Assembly: GCF_001186125.1 (NCBI RefSeq)
Contig: NW_014040341.1
Coordinates: 39,929 to 103,928, forward strand
DNA from: Sphaeroforma arctica JP610
Taxonomy: Eukaryota
Length of the DNA: 64,000 bases
Direction: 5' to 3'
Shown one piece after another: positions 12,801 through 26,142 of the stretch. Each line of letters opens with the position of its first letter. Position 1 is the first letter of the stretch. Both the position numbers and the translations under genes were made by a program. Below the pieces are notes generated by a model. It was not told where the DNA came from. It ran no database searches and saw only the letters and a list, made by a program, of their open reading frames with translations.

Positions 12801-15117
12801 CGAGGATGCAGACGAGTACCAGGTTATCTGCAAGGTGTGTATGCATCTGCATACTTTGTGAATGTATAAGAGTCTACACTTTTTTCATGTATGCAAAGCA
12901 TATTGGCTTTCCAATGCACATCCACCGGGCCCTTTCGACCCATTCACGCATATTATTAGGCTACTCGTCTATCGCTGAGCGTAGGCAGTTGTGTATATGC
13001 ACTCACGGTGCTATCTCGTACACGCAGGGTTGTGTCTATACGTACAAAAACGACGATATGTTCAGGCACGCAGCCTTGTACTACATATGTGCACATTGGT
13101 CGTTTGAGGGATGTATGCATATGCAGAAGCAGCGGTAAATACGAGAATCAAGGACAAACCCGCATACCCAGCTCTTACAGTTTTTTTACATCGGTCTTTT
13201 GACACTGTAGGTGGGTACTGGGATGACCAATGAATTCCTCAAGGACAGCAACGAGTTCTTTGCAAAGCATCTCTCTGAATCGGGGAAGAAGGCGTACTAT
13301 CGCACTACTGAGTCCTCCAAACCAGACGTCTGGTTCGAACCCGTACAGGTACGGAAAGTGAGGCCACATGGCGTGTGTATGTGGCGTGTTTCGTTTGTAT
13401 CATTGATATAACGTTGTTGCGTCTGCGCGTCGGTATGAATGGTTTTTACGCGTACATATGAGTGTGTCTGAGAGCAGGTGAGCATGGATCGGGATTTACA
13501 TAGGAGTTTCCTCTTCGGTGGGTGTGTTTATGGTATCCTCTCAAAACCTATTCCTTTTCGAGGGGACCGACATTTGTACGGAATGGACAGCAAGGCTTTC
13601 ATATTACATACTCGGTATCTAATGCCCCTTTTTTACGCCTCTAGTTGAGAGACATGTCTGTTTGTATTCATATAACATTGCGATATTGGGCAGTGCTCTC
13701 TCAAGTATAACGCCCTGTGCGAGGCTCTTTGGTTGTGTGCAATCGAGGCAATCAATCTTGTTCATATCGCTAACTTATCCAGCGAGTGAAGTACTTTTAA
13801 CCGGAAAAAAAATCATATACATACTCAGTGCAATGAACCTATTGTGCGTTGGCATGTACGAGCACATACACAAAAGGCTTGTGAGCTTAACTGTATTGCG
13901 GTTTGATGTCTTAAATGTCTATTCTCTTTCCAATATATACATTTGTCTTCCAATCACATCAGGTATGGGAAATCAAGGCAGCGGATCTGTCCATCTCACC
14001 AGCTTATTTGGCCGGTGTGGGTGAGGTTCATCCCACCAAAGGCATCTCTCTGCGCTTTCCTCGAGTGCTGCGAATTAGAGATGACAAGAAACCCGACGAG
14101 GCCACCAGTTCTAGCAGAGTACGTGTGATCGTGTGCGTGTGCGCGCCCGTGTAGAACTTGCTTTGGACCTTCCTTGTAGATGTAGTTAACTGTGCTCAAA
14201 TAGTTTGTGTTTAAATAGGAATGCTTGTCTAAGGTCTATCTGCACAGTGTTACTTTACAAAGCTATTTGAGATAGTCAGTCGAATGTTGAAGCAACAAGG
14301 GCGTTGGCGCTATCACTGCCGTCATGTGAGGATGGCGCTTATAATCTCACATGATGAGAAGTGCGCTGTCGCTTGAACCGTTTGGTTGTGTTGCTTGCTG
14401 ATACCAAAGGTGTGATGTTGCTTGCTGATACCAAAGGTGTGATGTTGCTTACCACAAGAGGACTATGATGTGAGCATGTTATGTGCGTTCTCCGTCGCTT
14501 TTGGGTTGTGTCGTAATCCACGTTTCGATTGACAAACTTAACTGCAAGTGTGTTGATTATTAGACACCAGTCCCACGTGGTCAGTCTGTGTATGCAATAG
14601 TGAGCGGGGCTGCTTGGTGCCACCCACGCGTGCAACCTGCACTCGCATAGTTCTTAATGCGAGTTTTCGTGAAAGAAATATACCTGTGTATTGAGAGCAT
14701 TCTATGTACCCGCATTTTCTGCATACATGGTCTACATAGAGACGCGCCACTCCATATATATTTCTCGGGTAGCTATTTATTTGTCAGAGAATATGGAAGT
14801 GTGCAGCAGTAGCATTTTCAATACGGCTCCCAGACATATAGTCTTATCTTTGTATATTTGTGCACAATTTCGAAATCCAAACGGGCATTTTTAGTGTATA
14901 TGTTAGCACAAACAGTTGCAGTTGAAATCACACATAGAAGACACTTGCTACATATCAACGGTTCGGCCTATATTGTTGAATACGCACAGGTTGATAACAC
15001 AATGAACTTAAAGCCTCATGTCTAGTACCCTCGCATTTTCATTGAAACTGCCCTCAGATCGCAGAGATGTACTCTGCGCAACCACTGGTACAACAGAACG
15101 GGCCGCCTCGAAGGTGA
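1478..15117 (+). CDS. LIG1: DNA ligase I (ATP-dependent), multi-exon
   Basis: GT-AG exons read by hand: 1478-1837, 2965-3202, 3697-4078, 4461-4614, [exons missing near gap 5193-5238], 5408-~5496, 5877-6056, 6772-6887 ([14 protein letters not shown], motif I), 7646-7741 (IYSRNLE), 8440-8550 (FIIDAEAV), 9172-9258 (FAFDLLYLN), 10409-10541, 11286-11368 (CEGLMIK..WLK), 12275-12433 ([19 protein letters not shown]), 13211-13348, 13963-14118 (SLRFPR..RIRDDK), 15058-15117. Start codon uncertain. Confidence 0.95.
12500..12836 (+). repeat. Four degenerate intronic copies of the 3' end of the preceding LIG1 exon ([13 protein letters not shown])
   Basis: Copies at ~12500-12532, 12641-12673, 12723-12751 and 12802-12836 resemble exon end 12401-12435. 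Confidence 0.8.
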
Positions 15118-15709
15118 TCAAAGAGGTGAAGATACAGGTGTATGTGAAAGAATATAGCTTACGCCTGACGGATTAGGTATTTACACAAGCAGTTGTACCA
15201 ATTAGACGTGTGTATGACAGAAGAATTTACATACACAGGCGTAGGTATCTGCAGGTCACTGGAGCAATAGTACCACACAACTGAGTGAAAGAACGCACAC
15301 TTCAGCATGAGGTGGGAGATTTACATGCGCATATATAGGTCCACTGACGGGCTCTAAATTAAACAAAAAATATTAGGCCGTTCTATTCGATAATTCTGTT
15401 GACTCTATGACAACGGATCTGGGAGTTGTCTTGTTGTATAGTACCCCCAGGGACATTATTATGACAGCCAGCTATAAAGAAGTTTTCTCCGCCGTCGACA
15501 CACCCACATACTGCCTAGTCTGTGATACTGGAGATTAGCTTAGGCTATTCACAATATCCACAGGGTTTACCTCGAAGAGCTCGACCTGCCTATCCAACGT
15601 CCATTGTGTGAGACAGCAAGATGGTTGACACTTCCTACATTCCGCTTCATCTTTCTCACATTTACCGGTAATTCTTACGGTACTTGATATATATGTGTGT
15701 GTGTGTGTT

Positions 15710-15776
<67 letters not shown>

Positions 15777-15805
15777 TTATATACTAATATACATACATTA
15801 TATAC

Positions 15806-15837
<32 letters not shown>

Positions 15838-15852
15838 GTGTGTGTGTATAGG

Positions 15853-15938
<86 letters not shown>

Positions 15939-15974
15939 TATATATATATTATGTAGTATATATATATATATATA

Positions 15975-16010
<36 letters not shown>

Positions 16011-16655
16011 GTATGTATGTATATATCAAAGCTCAGAGAAGCGATGCTCCGGGCTGATCAATAAAACTGCGAGTAAATGTCATATCGTTGATTCTCCAGG
16101 ATGAGAATTGCAGCTTTTAGTTTGGAATGTTGTCTTACGAGACAAGCACAGGAAGTGCCTGATTTATGACGGTGTTTCAAAAACAAAAACCTTTGCCAGA
16201 GTAACGAATGTCAGCAATCGACCTCGGAACATCTGGGATCTGTGAACGAATGTGTATCTCTTTGCGGTTTTTAAGTGTATTTAAGAACCCGCTGGTGCTT
16301 TAGATTGACTATCCCGCGAGGAACTTTGGCACCAACAAATTTGTGGAGATAACTTTAAACTAAATGGAACTTGTTTGCCTGGGCATGAATACCAATGCAA
16401 CAATGCTATTGATGTCTGTGCATTTTATACGTCTTTTGGAGTCCCGTTGTTGATTCCTGTTGTCCGCTTGTCTACTATACGACAGTCCACAGTGTTGATC
16501 ATCGCCCCGGTCAGCGGTTACTAAGCACGACTATTGGCCATCCTCGCCTGTTAAAAAAGGATAGCGTGACAACAACGTTGCGTTGCTTGGTGTTGTTGTT
16601 GATCCCTTAAGCATTTATGTGCCATCTTATACCCGGGGTCACCATTATTGGATTC

Positions 16656-17427
16656 CTATACGGCAGCCCACAGCGTCATCATCGTTCTGGTGAGCGGTTG
16701 CTGTACACCATCCACCTTTGACCGTAACCACGGGCACTGGTGCATCAAATGCAACACATTGAGTATCACTGGTTTTGGAGCCAGACCCATTCCAAATTCA
16801 CAATCTACTTGCTACCTTACTCGTGTAATATGCTCGTAACTAGTACATGACCTTTCATCCCCACTGTCACTTAGTCTGTTTCGTATCGGTATACCCTACT
16901 TTAATACTGCTGCCCATCCGCCACCTACACGGCAGCCCATTGTGCGATAAGGTTCCCTGTGCGCAATTGCTGCACGGCATTGGCCATTATCACCGGCACA
17001 GGAGTATATCAGACACATATCAGCTTTGAGGTTGATGTATCCATCCCAGACTTGTCATTTACCTGCTACCTCTACCGTTCTCATCAATTCTGCGGTACAT
17101 AGACATCACGCATTATCTATACTGCTAATTGGCCAACTGCACACCAGCCCATTGTGCGATCACATTCCCAGTGAGCGGTTGCTGCAATCCATTGACCACA
17201 CTGCCTGTAATAGAGCACACCACCACATCGTTTTGCCTACTCGCTTTGTAGCTGCTATACCCATCCCAGACTTATCTCGTCTCTTTGCTCCCTTGCTCAC
17301 ATAATCTGCTACTCATTGGCGAATCATACTTTATTCTCCTACTAATTATTCTCAACTACACGGCAGCCCATTGTACAATCATGTTCTCCGTAAGCGGTTG
17401 CTGCACGCCATTGGCCATCACTACCTG
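16656..17427 (-). repeat. Degenerate ~215-270 bp tandem array: last coding ~70 nt plus 3' flank of the thioredoxin-like gene (1 real copy + 3 echoes)
   Basis: cta(c/t)acggcagccca..gttgctg core at 16656, 16925, 17137 and 17356; spacers share cccatcccagactt. Confidence 0.75.
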
Positions 17428-20400
17428 TCCATTCGCATCGAAGACTATCAAACGAGGCACTCCCTTCACTTCGTAGACGCGCATGATGTTCTCTATGATC
17501 TGCGTGTGGTTTAGATGATATATATATAAATTTATTAGATGATATATATATATATATATATATATTGTGTTATATATATATATATATATGTAAGTATATA
17601 TATATATGTATATATATATGTGTGTGTGTATGTGTGTGTGTGTGCGTGTATGTGTGTCTGTGTCTCTGTGTGTGTGTGTGTGTGTGCGCGCGTGTATAGT
17701 ATGTGCGTGCGTGTGTTAAGGAATATACGGTGTGTCATGTATAATATATGAATAAAACATTATGTCTAATATGAATAAAGCGGCACTGTGTCCAACGTAG
17801 CCCTGTATTTAGTTGTCAATCGCCTTTACATGGTTTTTGGAAAGCCGTTGGATGGCTGTCAGAAACGTATTCAGGTATCAGCACACTCATGCACCACTTG
17901 AACGAGTATAAATTCAACATCGTGTGTAAGGAATAACCAATGTTATTCTGCAGGCAATCTATCAAGGCATATCATGGATGACGTTCCCGAATAAGATGTC
18001 CTACAAGACCATTACGGGATAGTAGACCCGATGTAAATAAACAAAGCAAGTAGCATCGGTACTTAATGAAACTCCAGTGTAGTTGTAGCGCAGCACGTAA
18101 ACATACGCATACATGCACACACTCTTAGTATTGCCGATGCACTCACACTCATACATACTGACTATCAAAGGCAACACACGCACGTGTGTATCAGAAATTC
18201 CTTACCTATGTACATCCACATATAAACATGTATATATAAACAACTCTAATTATATATAGCACACTTTGCAGATTTCCATATAAAGCTAGAACGACACACC
18301 TCTTGGTTCTCATATGGAATGGCCAGCCACGGCATCTTCGCAAAGTATGCCTGCATGCTCGTCGCATCCCTATCCGCACTTGCAAACACCACCTCAAACT
18401 GTAACCCTTTCTTCTTGAAATCTTCGTACATCTGCGTCAACTTGGGCGTGTACTGTCTACATGGCCCACACCAACTGGCGCTGCAGTATAAGGCAACACA
18501 CTTCCCTGAGAGACTCTGAGTGGGCTCAGACTCGCCGCGGGCGTTTACTAGTGATTTACCTGTGGCAGCGTATGCGAAATGTGAGTTAACGTGTGATAAA
18601 GCATGGGTGTATGTGACATATTTACTCTCGCACACACATTTACGTCAGCTTGCGAGTGCATTTCTTGCAAAAGCCCTGCTACGCCACACCCCTCCCTACA
18701 CGTGGGGCTACACGCCTACCACTTACCCGTACAATACACTCTAAGCTGACACTACATCAATACTGAGCTAAACATACGGACAAGTACTGCCATAGCCATG
18801 GAAAGCGCACAGCACAGACTCCGCCGGATACGTTCTGGGCCAATATGGCGTTGACTGTGATTATGATGTCCGTATCAACTTACATAGTCAGATATTTTTG
18901 CCTGTTATGGCGTTGACCGTAATTACGATGTACATATCAACTTAAATGGTTGCATCTTCTCGTCTATGACACTTTTACGCTTCCACCTACCGAATAAATA
19001 ATCCCATTGCGTTGGGGGGCGCAACGCGAAGAACTCGCTGGGTACACTGTACGGCGATAGCGTTACATCGTCCTGAGCAGACGTGTCGGTGTCGGATCCT
19101 GATTCGGCCTTTTTATTCTTTGTGATAACCGCTCGAACCCTGTTCAGATCAGAGGTAAAGAGAGACTTGTTGGTATATACAGCTGGAACCTACTGTGTGT
19201 GTCTCTACCTGTTGAAGGTACGTTTCATGCAGGCCATGTGCACTCATACGGCGCTATGATACGCTAGGTTAAACCATGTCCCAGTGATGGCACAGTTGTG
19301 TTTAGCAAACGCATGCATTCCGAGACGTGTGTGTGTATTGAACTCTAAAAACAAGACATCAGTTTTAGAAGAAGAAAAGCGGCCCTTCTACACGCTGAAG
19401 GGAGGGGATACATCGAAAGCACCAATGGGTGTCTATCAACAGCACCTGGCTGACAACTGATTCAATATCGAGCACACACGCGGTTAACAATCAGCGTATA
19501 TGTAGCAGATATGTTATATCACGGTTACATGGTGCAATTTCTTCTGCGGAGCATGTGCACGGCCTACAATTCTAAGACCGTTCTGGTTACAGTGCAAATA
19601 TACCAAATGGGATAGTAGATGGACACCTACCTGAAGGAATAAGTGTTGTCTTTGTCCAGATTGCGTTTCCTAACGCTGGTAGAAGTCAGATTAGATGCCA
19701 CGTCACTCCATTCGGCGTCGTCAGCGCTTCGCATCTGTAGCTTATACTTCACGGTGCAATTCGGTACTAAATATGCTTTCCACTCCACCACCAGCGCGGA
19801 TGACTAATTTTGTTCGCAGATGCGGGTAGACATGTACAGATGAGGAAAAATTTTCGTTCGTGGATATGAATTTTTTTTTGTATCGTGATAGATGCACTCA
19901 CATGTATTTAGGGGATAATCTGATTTTATTCAAAAGGACGTTTTCTTCAAGTAGATACACATTAACTCATGTGTGCTTAGGACTTATGTTACTGTGCGCT
20001 ATTTAAAGAAAAAAACAGCAATTGCGAGTGGCCTTCTGCATGTCACTTCGAGCTCGGCAGTTGCTCAGCAGTAGCTTAGGCTACGCCATGGGTGGGTAAC
20101 CACCACTTCAATTTGGTACCAAATGAAAACATCCTTTCTTCACAACTTGAACAATCAATTATTTCACGTAATACGTCCAAACATATTCAGAGCTGTCGAA
20201 TAAATCCTTATACATATACCCTGGCACATCAACGACTGCCATACATTTTCACCTCACATTACATTTCCACGGAACTACTGGAAACGGTTTAACAATTTGG
20301 CTCTGTATTATGGCGTAAATAAAAACAGAAAAATCCACCTATGACGATAACATCCACGCCTTTTCGCTAGTAAACACGTACACCTGCCAACACACACACA

Positions 20401-21074
20401 CATACAATCTCTCTCACATCACGCACACGGATCTCACAATTCAATACCAATATGCATAACTTCCCATATCTCATGAGCCATAAGCGTGGGCTTCTGAGTG
20501 GCCTCACATCGCTATCGTGGATCGACCACCATTCCATATATAACGTTTATTCGCCCTCAAAACCCCCTCACATACACCACGAGCTGTAAGCTGAAACATG
20601 TATCATTACACACCCAACACAGTCACTCTCCCGTGCACTCTTAAACTTCGTACACAACACACACACCTCAGGCGCCCTTAGTTGGGGCTGAGTTGGGCGC
20701 GCTGTTGAAATCTCCAGCGTACGCCACTCCTCCGTAGGCATAGCATAGCTCCTCTGCCCGTCCACTTTGGTCCTGAAAGTGTAGAGGGTATTGGGTTCCA
20801 AGTTTTTTTTCCTAATAATCCGCGATGTGATGGGTTTGCCCTGGGCTATATCCGCCCACTTACTCCACGACAGGTCTCCAGCGTCTCCCTCTCTTTTTTT
20901 GCGTAGTGACCGAAACTGCAAACATACCCCTCGGGACTCTTCCGCGGACTTCACTACCTGTAGCACTACGTAGTCGGGTCCGATATCGAACAATTGAACA
21001 CTGCATTGGTAAGGAATATTGAGCAGGGCATTTAGAAATACCCTCCGAGAGAGCAGACTAGTGTTTCCTTGCAT
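17356..21074 (-). CDS. Two fibronectin type III-like domains followed by a nucleoredoxin/tryparedoxin-like thioredoxin domain (WCGPC)
   Basis: Phase-consistent exons 21074-20667, 19803-19631, 19139-18991, 18559-18300, 17499-17356. FN3 signatures KKNLEPNTLYTFR and LVVEW..YKLQMR..RNLDKDNTYSFRVRA. Trx-like GKCVALYCSASWCGPCRQYTPKL..FEVVFASADRD..MPWLAIPY..VKGVPRLIVFDANG. Start codon uncertain. Confidence 0.85.
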
Positions 21075-21269
21075 TGACTCTACTTTTAGAAACACTCATA
21101 GACCATCAGTCCTCTCATTTCGCTCATCTTATCCGTTTAGGCGATGTAGAACCCACGGCATTGTAAGTGCCACACCCACATTTGCTTTCATGTTTGCTAT
21201 GGTACACAATTGTTATAATACATATACATGTACATGCGACAAGTAACACACCAAGATGTGCAGTATATT

Positions 21270-21700
21270 CGTACAACACAAACTATACACAAAATACAAT
21301 CATACCACACATACTACACACAGAATTCAATCATAAAAGCACATACTGCACACAGGATACGATCATAAAAACACACAATACAAACACGATACCATTATAA
21401 AAACACATACTACACACAGAATACAATCATAAAAACACATACTACGCACAGAATACAATCATAAAAACACATACTACATACAGGACACTATCTTAGAACA
21501 ACACACTACCCACAGAATACAATCATTAAACCACAAACTACACTCAGAATACAATCATAAAAACGTATACTACACACAGAATACAGTCACAAAAAACATA
21601 CTACACACAGAATACAATCATAAAAACACATACTACACGGAATAAAATCTTAAAAACACAGAATACACACAGAATACAATCATAAAAACACATACTACCA
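21270..21700. repeat. Minisatellite, ~32 bp unit (cacagaatacaatcataaaaacacatacta)
   Basis: About a dozen degenerate tandem copies are visible. Confidence 0.85.
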
Positions 21701-21708
21701 CGGTACGA

Positions 21709-22562
21709 TCATAGAATCAGTATACACACAGGTACACACCACGACGGTGGACCATCGTCCGACTGCTTACGCCTACACTCGCTGCATCTGCAGCTCACTT
21801 CGAACACCCAGGGGTCTCGCAGGGCTTTGAGCTGAAGCTTGACATGGCCGACATTTTCTTGCTTATCGCTCTCGGGCTGATGCTTCGTCAACTCCAGAAG
21901 TGCCTGTGGGTAGGTGTATACGGTGTTCCTATTAGCAGCGCATTCTCATACCGTCACAGAAACTTAGCTCTTGAACATTATAGATTGGTATTTCCCCTTT
22001 TTTGGGCTCTTCTTTTGTGCCGCTATACAAATGGTTCGAAGATGAGTGTCTACAAACTAGCTGCGATTTACCACGGGTTGTAGGCACGCATGAACGATGG
22101 AACTCCTTGCAGCCAAGTAATACATTCCAAGTATGCAACACCTTTCGATTGAATAACACCGCTGCATATATATGAACAAATAAAAATACACATATATATT
22201 CGTACATGATAAATACGTCTATAATTAGATATGAATACGAATATATATATTTATATATATATATATATATATATATACTANNNNNNNNNNNNNNNNNNNN
22301 TTGTTGTTTATATTATTATTATTATTATTTATTATATTACTATTATCATTATTATTATTACTATTATTATTATTATTATTATTACTATTATTATTACTAT
22401 TATTATTATTATATATATGTGTGTGTGTGTTTATGTTTGTGTGTGTATGTATGTATGTATATATATATATATTCATCTATATATGTATTTATTCACCTAT
22501 TTCTATTATTATGATTATTGTTATATTGTTATACTATATTAGATATTTATATATATATATAA

Positions 22563-22600
<38 letters not shown>

Positions 22601-23811
22601 TGTAATGTAATGTAATATATATATATATATAAATGTGTGTGTGTGTGTGATAAGTTCATTCATGCGATACATCTATGCTTACATCAAGAAGTCGATTATT
22701 CGCCTCAGGATCATGGAAGATATCATCTTTGTCGATTGTGGCTGTAGTCGGCTGATATTTACTCATCTGGTCTGCCGCAGCAATATCATCGAATAATACG
22801 CAGTCCAGTGACATAGACTTGACTGCCGAGTAGTGCTTGTAGGTGGATTCCTTATGGCTGGTGCCTGCGATGTGTGCATGCATATCAAGCAAATAATCTT
22901 GAGTGGAGTGCTGGCGGTAGCCTTGTGCCTAGAGAAAGCTGGCTAATGCATGGAAATATAGGTCTACCATAGTGAAATATGTACCTGAAATATCGCAACT
23001 TGAGAAACTAAGATAGTACATACCTCTGCGTTTCCTTGGAGTGGCCTAACTGAATAAAAAATCGGAGAAGATTGACTGGAGTGCATTAACTTTGCTTTTA
23101 ACTCATGGTGGAGCCTCTGACAGAAGTGTAGGTTATAAGTACTGTTCTAAGTATTACGTTCACTGATCGCAGACTCTTCACTGTCACGTGAATACTTCGG
23201 TGTTGCGAGATACAGATATTCCAATAACGGCATTCCGAATGACTTATAAAAGATGTTGAACTTAATAAAGGCAGCTCTCAGAGAAAGATCCGACTTGTAT
23301 AGAACCATATCGCAATATATGACAAAAGTGTATTAACATACAATACACATTGATCTGGAATACAGTCAGAGCAGCTTACTCGCAGATCTACGTATAGCCC
23401 AGTAGACTCGGTTAATATTGTAATTCTGCCTTCGTATATTTCACCAGATTCTGTTGTGATCTAATGTATCAATCGAATAAGCACCTTTACCTGCGGCAGT
23501 CTTAAAAATACCACCAAAGTACCTAAAATATGTCTGAGTATACCATTCGTTTCCTATACACGAGATATAAAAAAGGCTGGGCATGACAAACTGATCCCAA
23601 TAAGCACCTATCCAATATACAACATGCACAAATACAACCAACATGCACATATACAATTCAAATGTAAGCGGCACTTCGTTACGAAACACAAGATGTCTGC
23701 GCGACATACTATTTTCCAAGCGAGGGTCTTTGAATTGCACGCTAAGTTTAGCATTAGTGGCCATCACATCATCAACTGTCATATCGGGATCGGCATTACG
23801 ACCTCCCTGTC
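21709..23811 (-). CDS. Exons of an unidentified spliced gene (3' part)
   Basis: Exon ~22863-22683 ends ..ANNRLLD|gtaagc and joins in phase to the exon after cccacag at ~21903 (ALLELTKHQPES..CILIL*). Upstream candidate exons near 23490-23811 have unresolved phases. No family recognised. Confidence 0.4.
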
Positions 23812-24575
23812 CTGGGATTTGGAGTAGATACGCAATAGGCTCATCACTGGTAAATCGAACGACTAATGTCATGTTGAGATGTATGTAGCTATATCCTAGA
23901 ACCTGTTGAATGTACTACGTGTTTCTTCTACGGGGATATATGCTTCTGAATTTAGCTACTATATCAAATGAATCGATAAAGGAAATAATTTACTTCAACC
24001 TAGTATGTATAATCATTCATCTTCGAGTGTTTACGATAAGAACGCATGTGCAATATTATGTGCATGTTGTAGACTTGTAGACACTTGTATTTAGGGGGGT
24101 TTTTTTTGATAAAAACAAAATACATCATGGAACGGGAGAGACACATCATACTTCTTTCCTTATATGGCGCATATATCAAATTGGCGGCATCGTACCAGCG
24201 AAGTTATGTATTATCGTCAGATCTGGTGAAACCCCTGGTTTTTCTGGTCGGATGCACTTGTTATCATCTAAAAAATCCGTAGGATCTTTTATAATATTAA
24301 CTCTAAAAATTGGGGAAGCTCTGGAGTTTTTGGAGTCGAGTCCGATAGAGTCCTCCTGCCTCGTACCTGGGGTCAACAGTCCGACATCCGGCGGACAAAG
24401 ACGACATATAAAAGGGTACTCAAATAGGGCAAAGAACAACAGTCTACAAAACAACAAAGCCTTCAAACGTCCACATGAATACCCAGCCCAACCCCGAAAG
24501 TTCCCCTCACCATCGACGAACAAGACACCCAAGGGGACCTTCTTTCCCAAGACTCCTCGACCAAGCGAACCCAGA

Positions 24576-24979
24576 ATGACTTGGATATCCCCGAGACTGA
24601 TGAACCTATCACGAAAACCCCTCGTGTCGATGAAGAATCCGACACCAGGATGGAAGCATACGTGGCTGCACTCGAGAAGAAATCCCTCGCCCGCGACGCC
24701 GAACGTGAAGAACGTATGCAAGCCATGATTAACCTACGTGACCATATTATACGAGATCCAAACTTTGAAGACTAGTTTTCTACCCATGAACAAACAGCTC
24801 AACGTCAAGAAGATCACAATCTTACATAGATAATACCGGGACTATCTTTTGTTTCCCCACGACCTCTCTTCCCGAGCCCGTCAAGGAGAAACTGAAACTA
24901 GGGAAATATATAAACCTATCCGCAATTAAGAGTGCAATGCGCCCCACCCATACACGAGAGAGCACCACGGAACTTAAGA
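24576..24979 (+). mobile_element. Degraded DIRS/Ngaro-like gag (ORF1) fragment
   Basis: LPEPVKEKLKLGKYINLSAI (24868 onward) resembles the 'I..GEYIDL..L' motif of tyrosine-recombinase retroelement gag; preceded by a coiled-coil ORF; cut at 24980. Confidence 0.4.
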
Positions 24980-25668
24980 TGTGGACAAAGTACCCTAGGC
25001 GGAGGTTTAGGACCGGACAAGAGGACCTGACCTGAGAGAGGATTTTAGGACCGCACCAGAGGACCGGACCTAGGGGATTATTTGAGGACCGGACCAGAGG
25101 ACCGGACCAGAGGACTGGACCAATTAGTGGAATAGAGAATTTAAAGAGATAAAAGTGATAACTCATACGAAACCATAGAGACGGGTACTTCCACATAACC
25201 CGATGGTAGAGAAAGTCTCGTTCCACATAGGATTGTGATTAATAACTATAGCAGGCGCGCCATTCCCAATGGCAATTCTGACTGGGTTTGTGATAAAAAC
25301 CAAGTAACACAGCGTAAAAAAAGTGTGAAGTCTGAAATAAGTGAACTCTTTATTAATCACGCTCCTATGTGGGACGAGATTTTCTCTAACAACGGCAGAT
25401 TGTGAAAATCTCCGTATCTAAGATTCTGGTTTCCTAGTTACTAAATAATGGCGACGTCCGGTGAGTCATCATTCTCTCTCACTAAATAATATATTCTATT
25501 ATCTAGTCCGATCCTCGGATCACAATTAAATCCTCTCAGGCCCGATCCTATGGCTCGGTCCTAAATAAAATCTCCTAGGTCCGGTTCTCCGGTCCGGTCT
25601 TAGATTTTTCATGTCGGTCCGGTCCTCTGGTCCGGCTCTATATCTCCGTCTACGGTACTTTGTCCACA
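24980..25668. mobile_element. Non-autonomous 689 bp TIR element (TGT...ACA ends)
   Basis: TGTGGACAAAGTACC at 24980 and GGTACTTTGTCCACA ending at 25668; imperfect inverted repeat extends ~40 bp; many GGACCGGACC subterminal repeats in mirror orientation; no ORF; no TSD. Confidence 0.7.
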
Positions 25669-26142
25669 GCCCCACCAAGTTGAGTGTTGGTATTTTTGTA
25701 ATAACTATTTATGCCACAAATCTGTGATATTTTGTAAATAAAAATATAAAGGTAATATCTACACGGACCGTGGGGTTATTGCATCGTCATAATTATTATT
25801 TGCTATTTATTACAAGTGTCGTAAATATTCGTAGCTAAAGTATCACTCAGTCAACTGTAAACAGACTAAAGTACCTGTTTTATATTGAAATGTATAAAAT
25901 GCGGTAGTATTATCGGCTGTATGACCAAATTCTTTTGTCCTTTTGTAAATGCAAGAAAAAATCTGAATAACAACAAATACAATTAAGAACAGTCCTAAAT
26001 TTATATATTGTCGTTTTTTTATATCTTGTATTTGTATCCGGTTCAAACTATGTTTAATACATTACGACTCGTGTCTAAAATTCGTGTCACCAATTGTTGT
26101 AACTCTTTATAATGACATATGTGGCTCATTTAACATATTGTC

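Noticed and set aside
21270..21700. ~32 bp periodic repeat as a CRISPR array
   Set aside because: Head-to-tail repeats without unique spacers, in a eukaryotic context with no cas genes.
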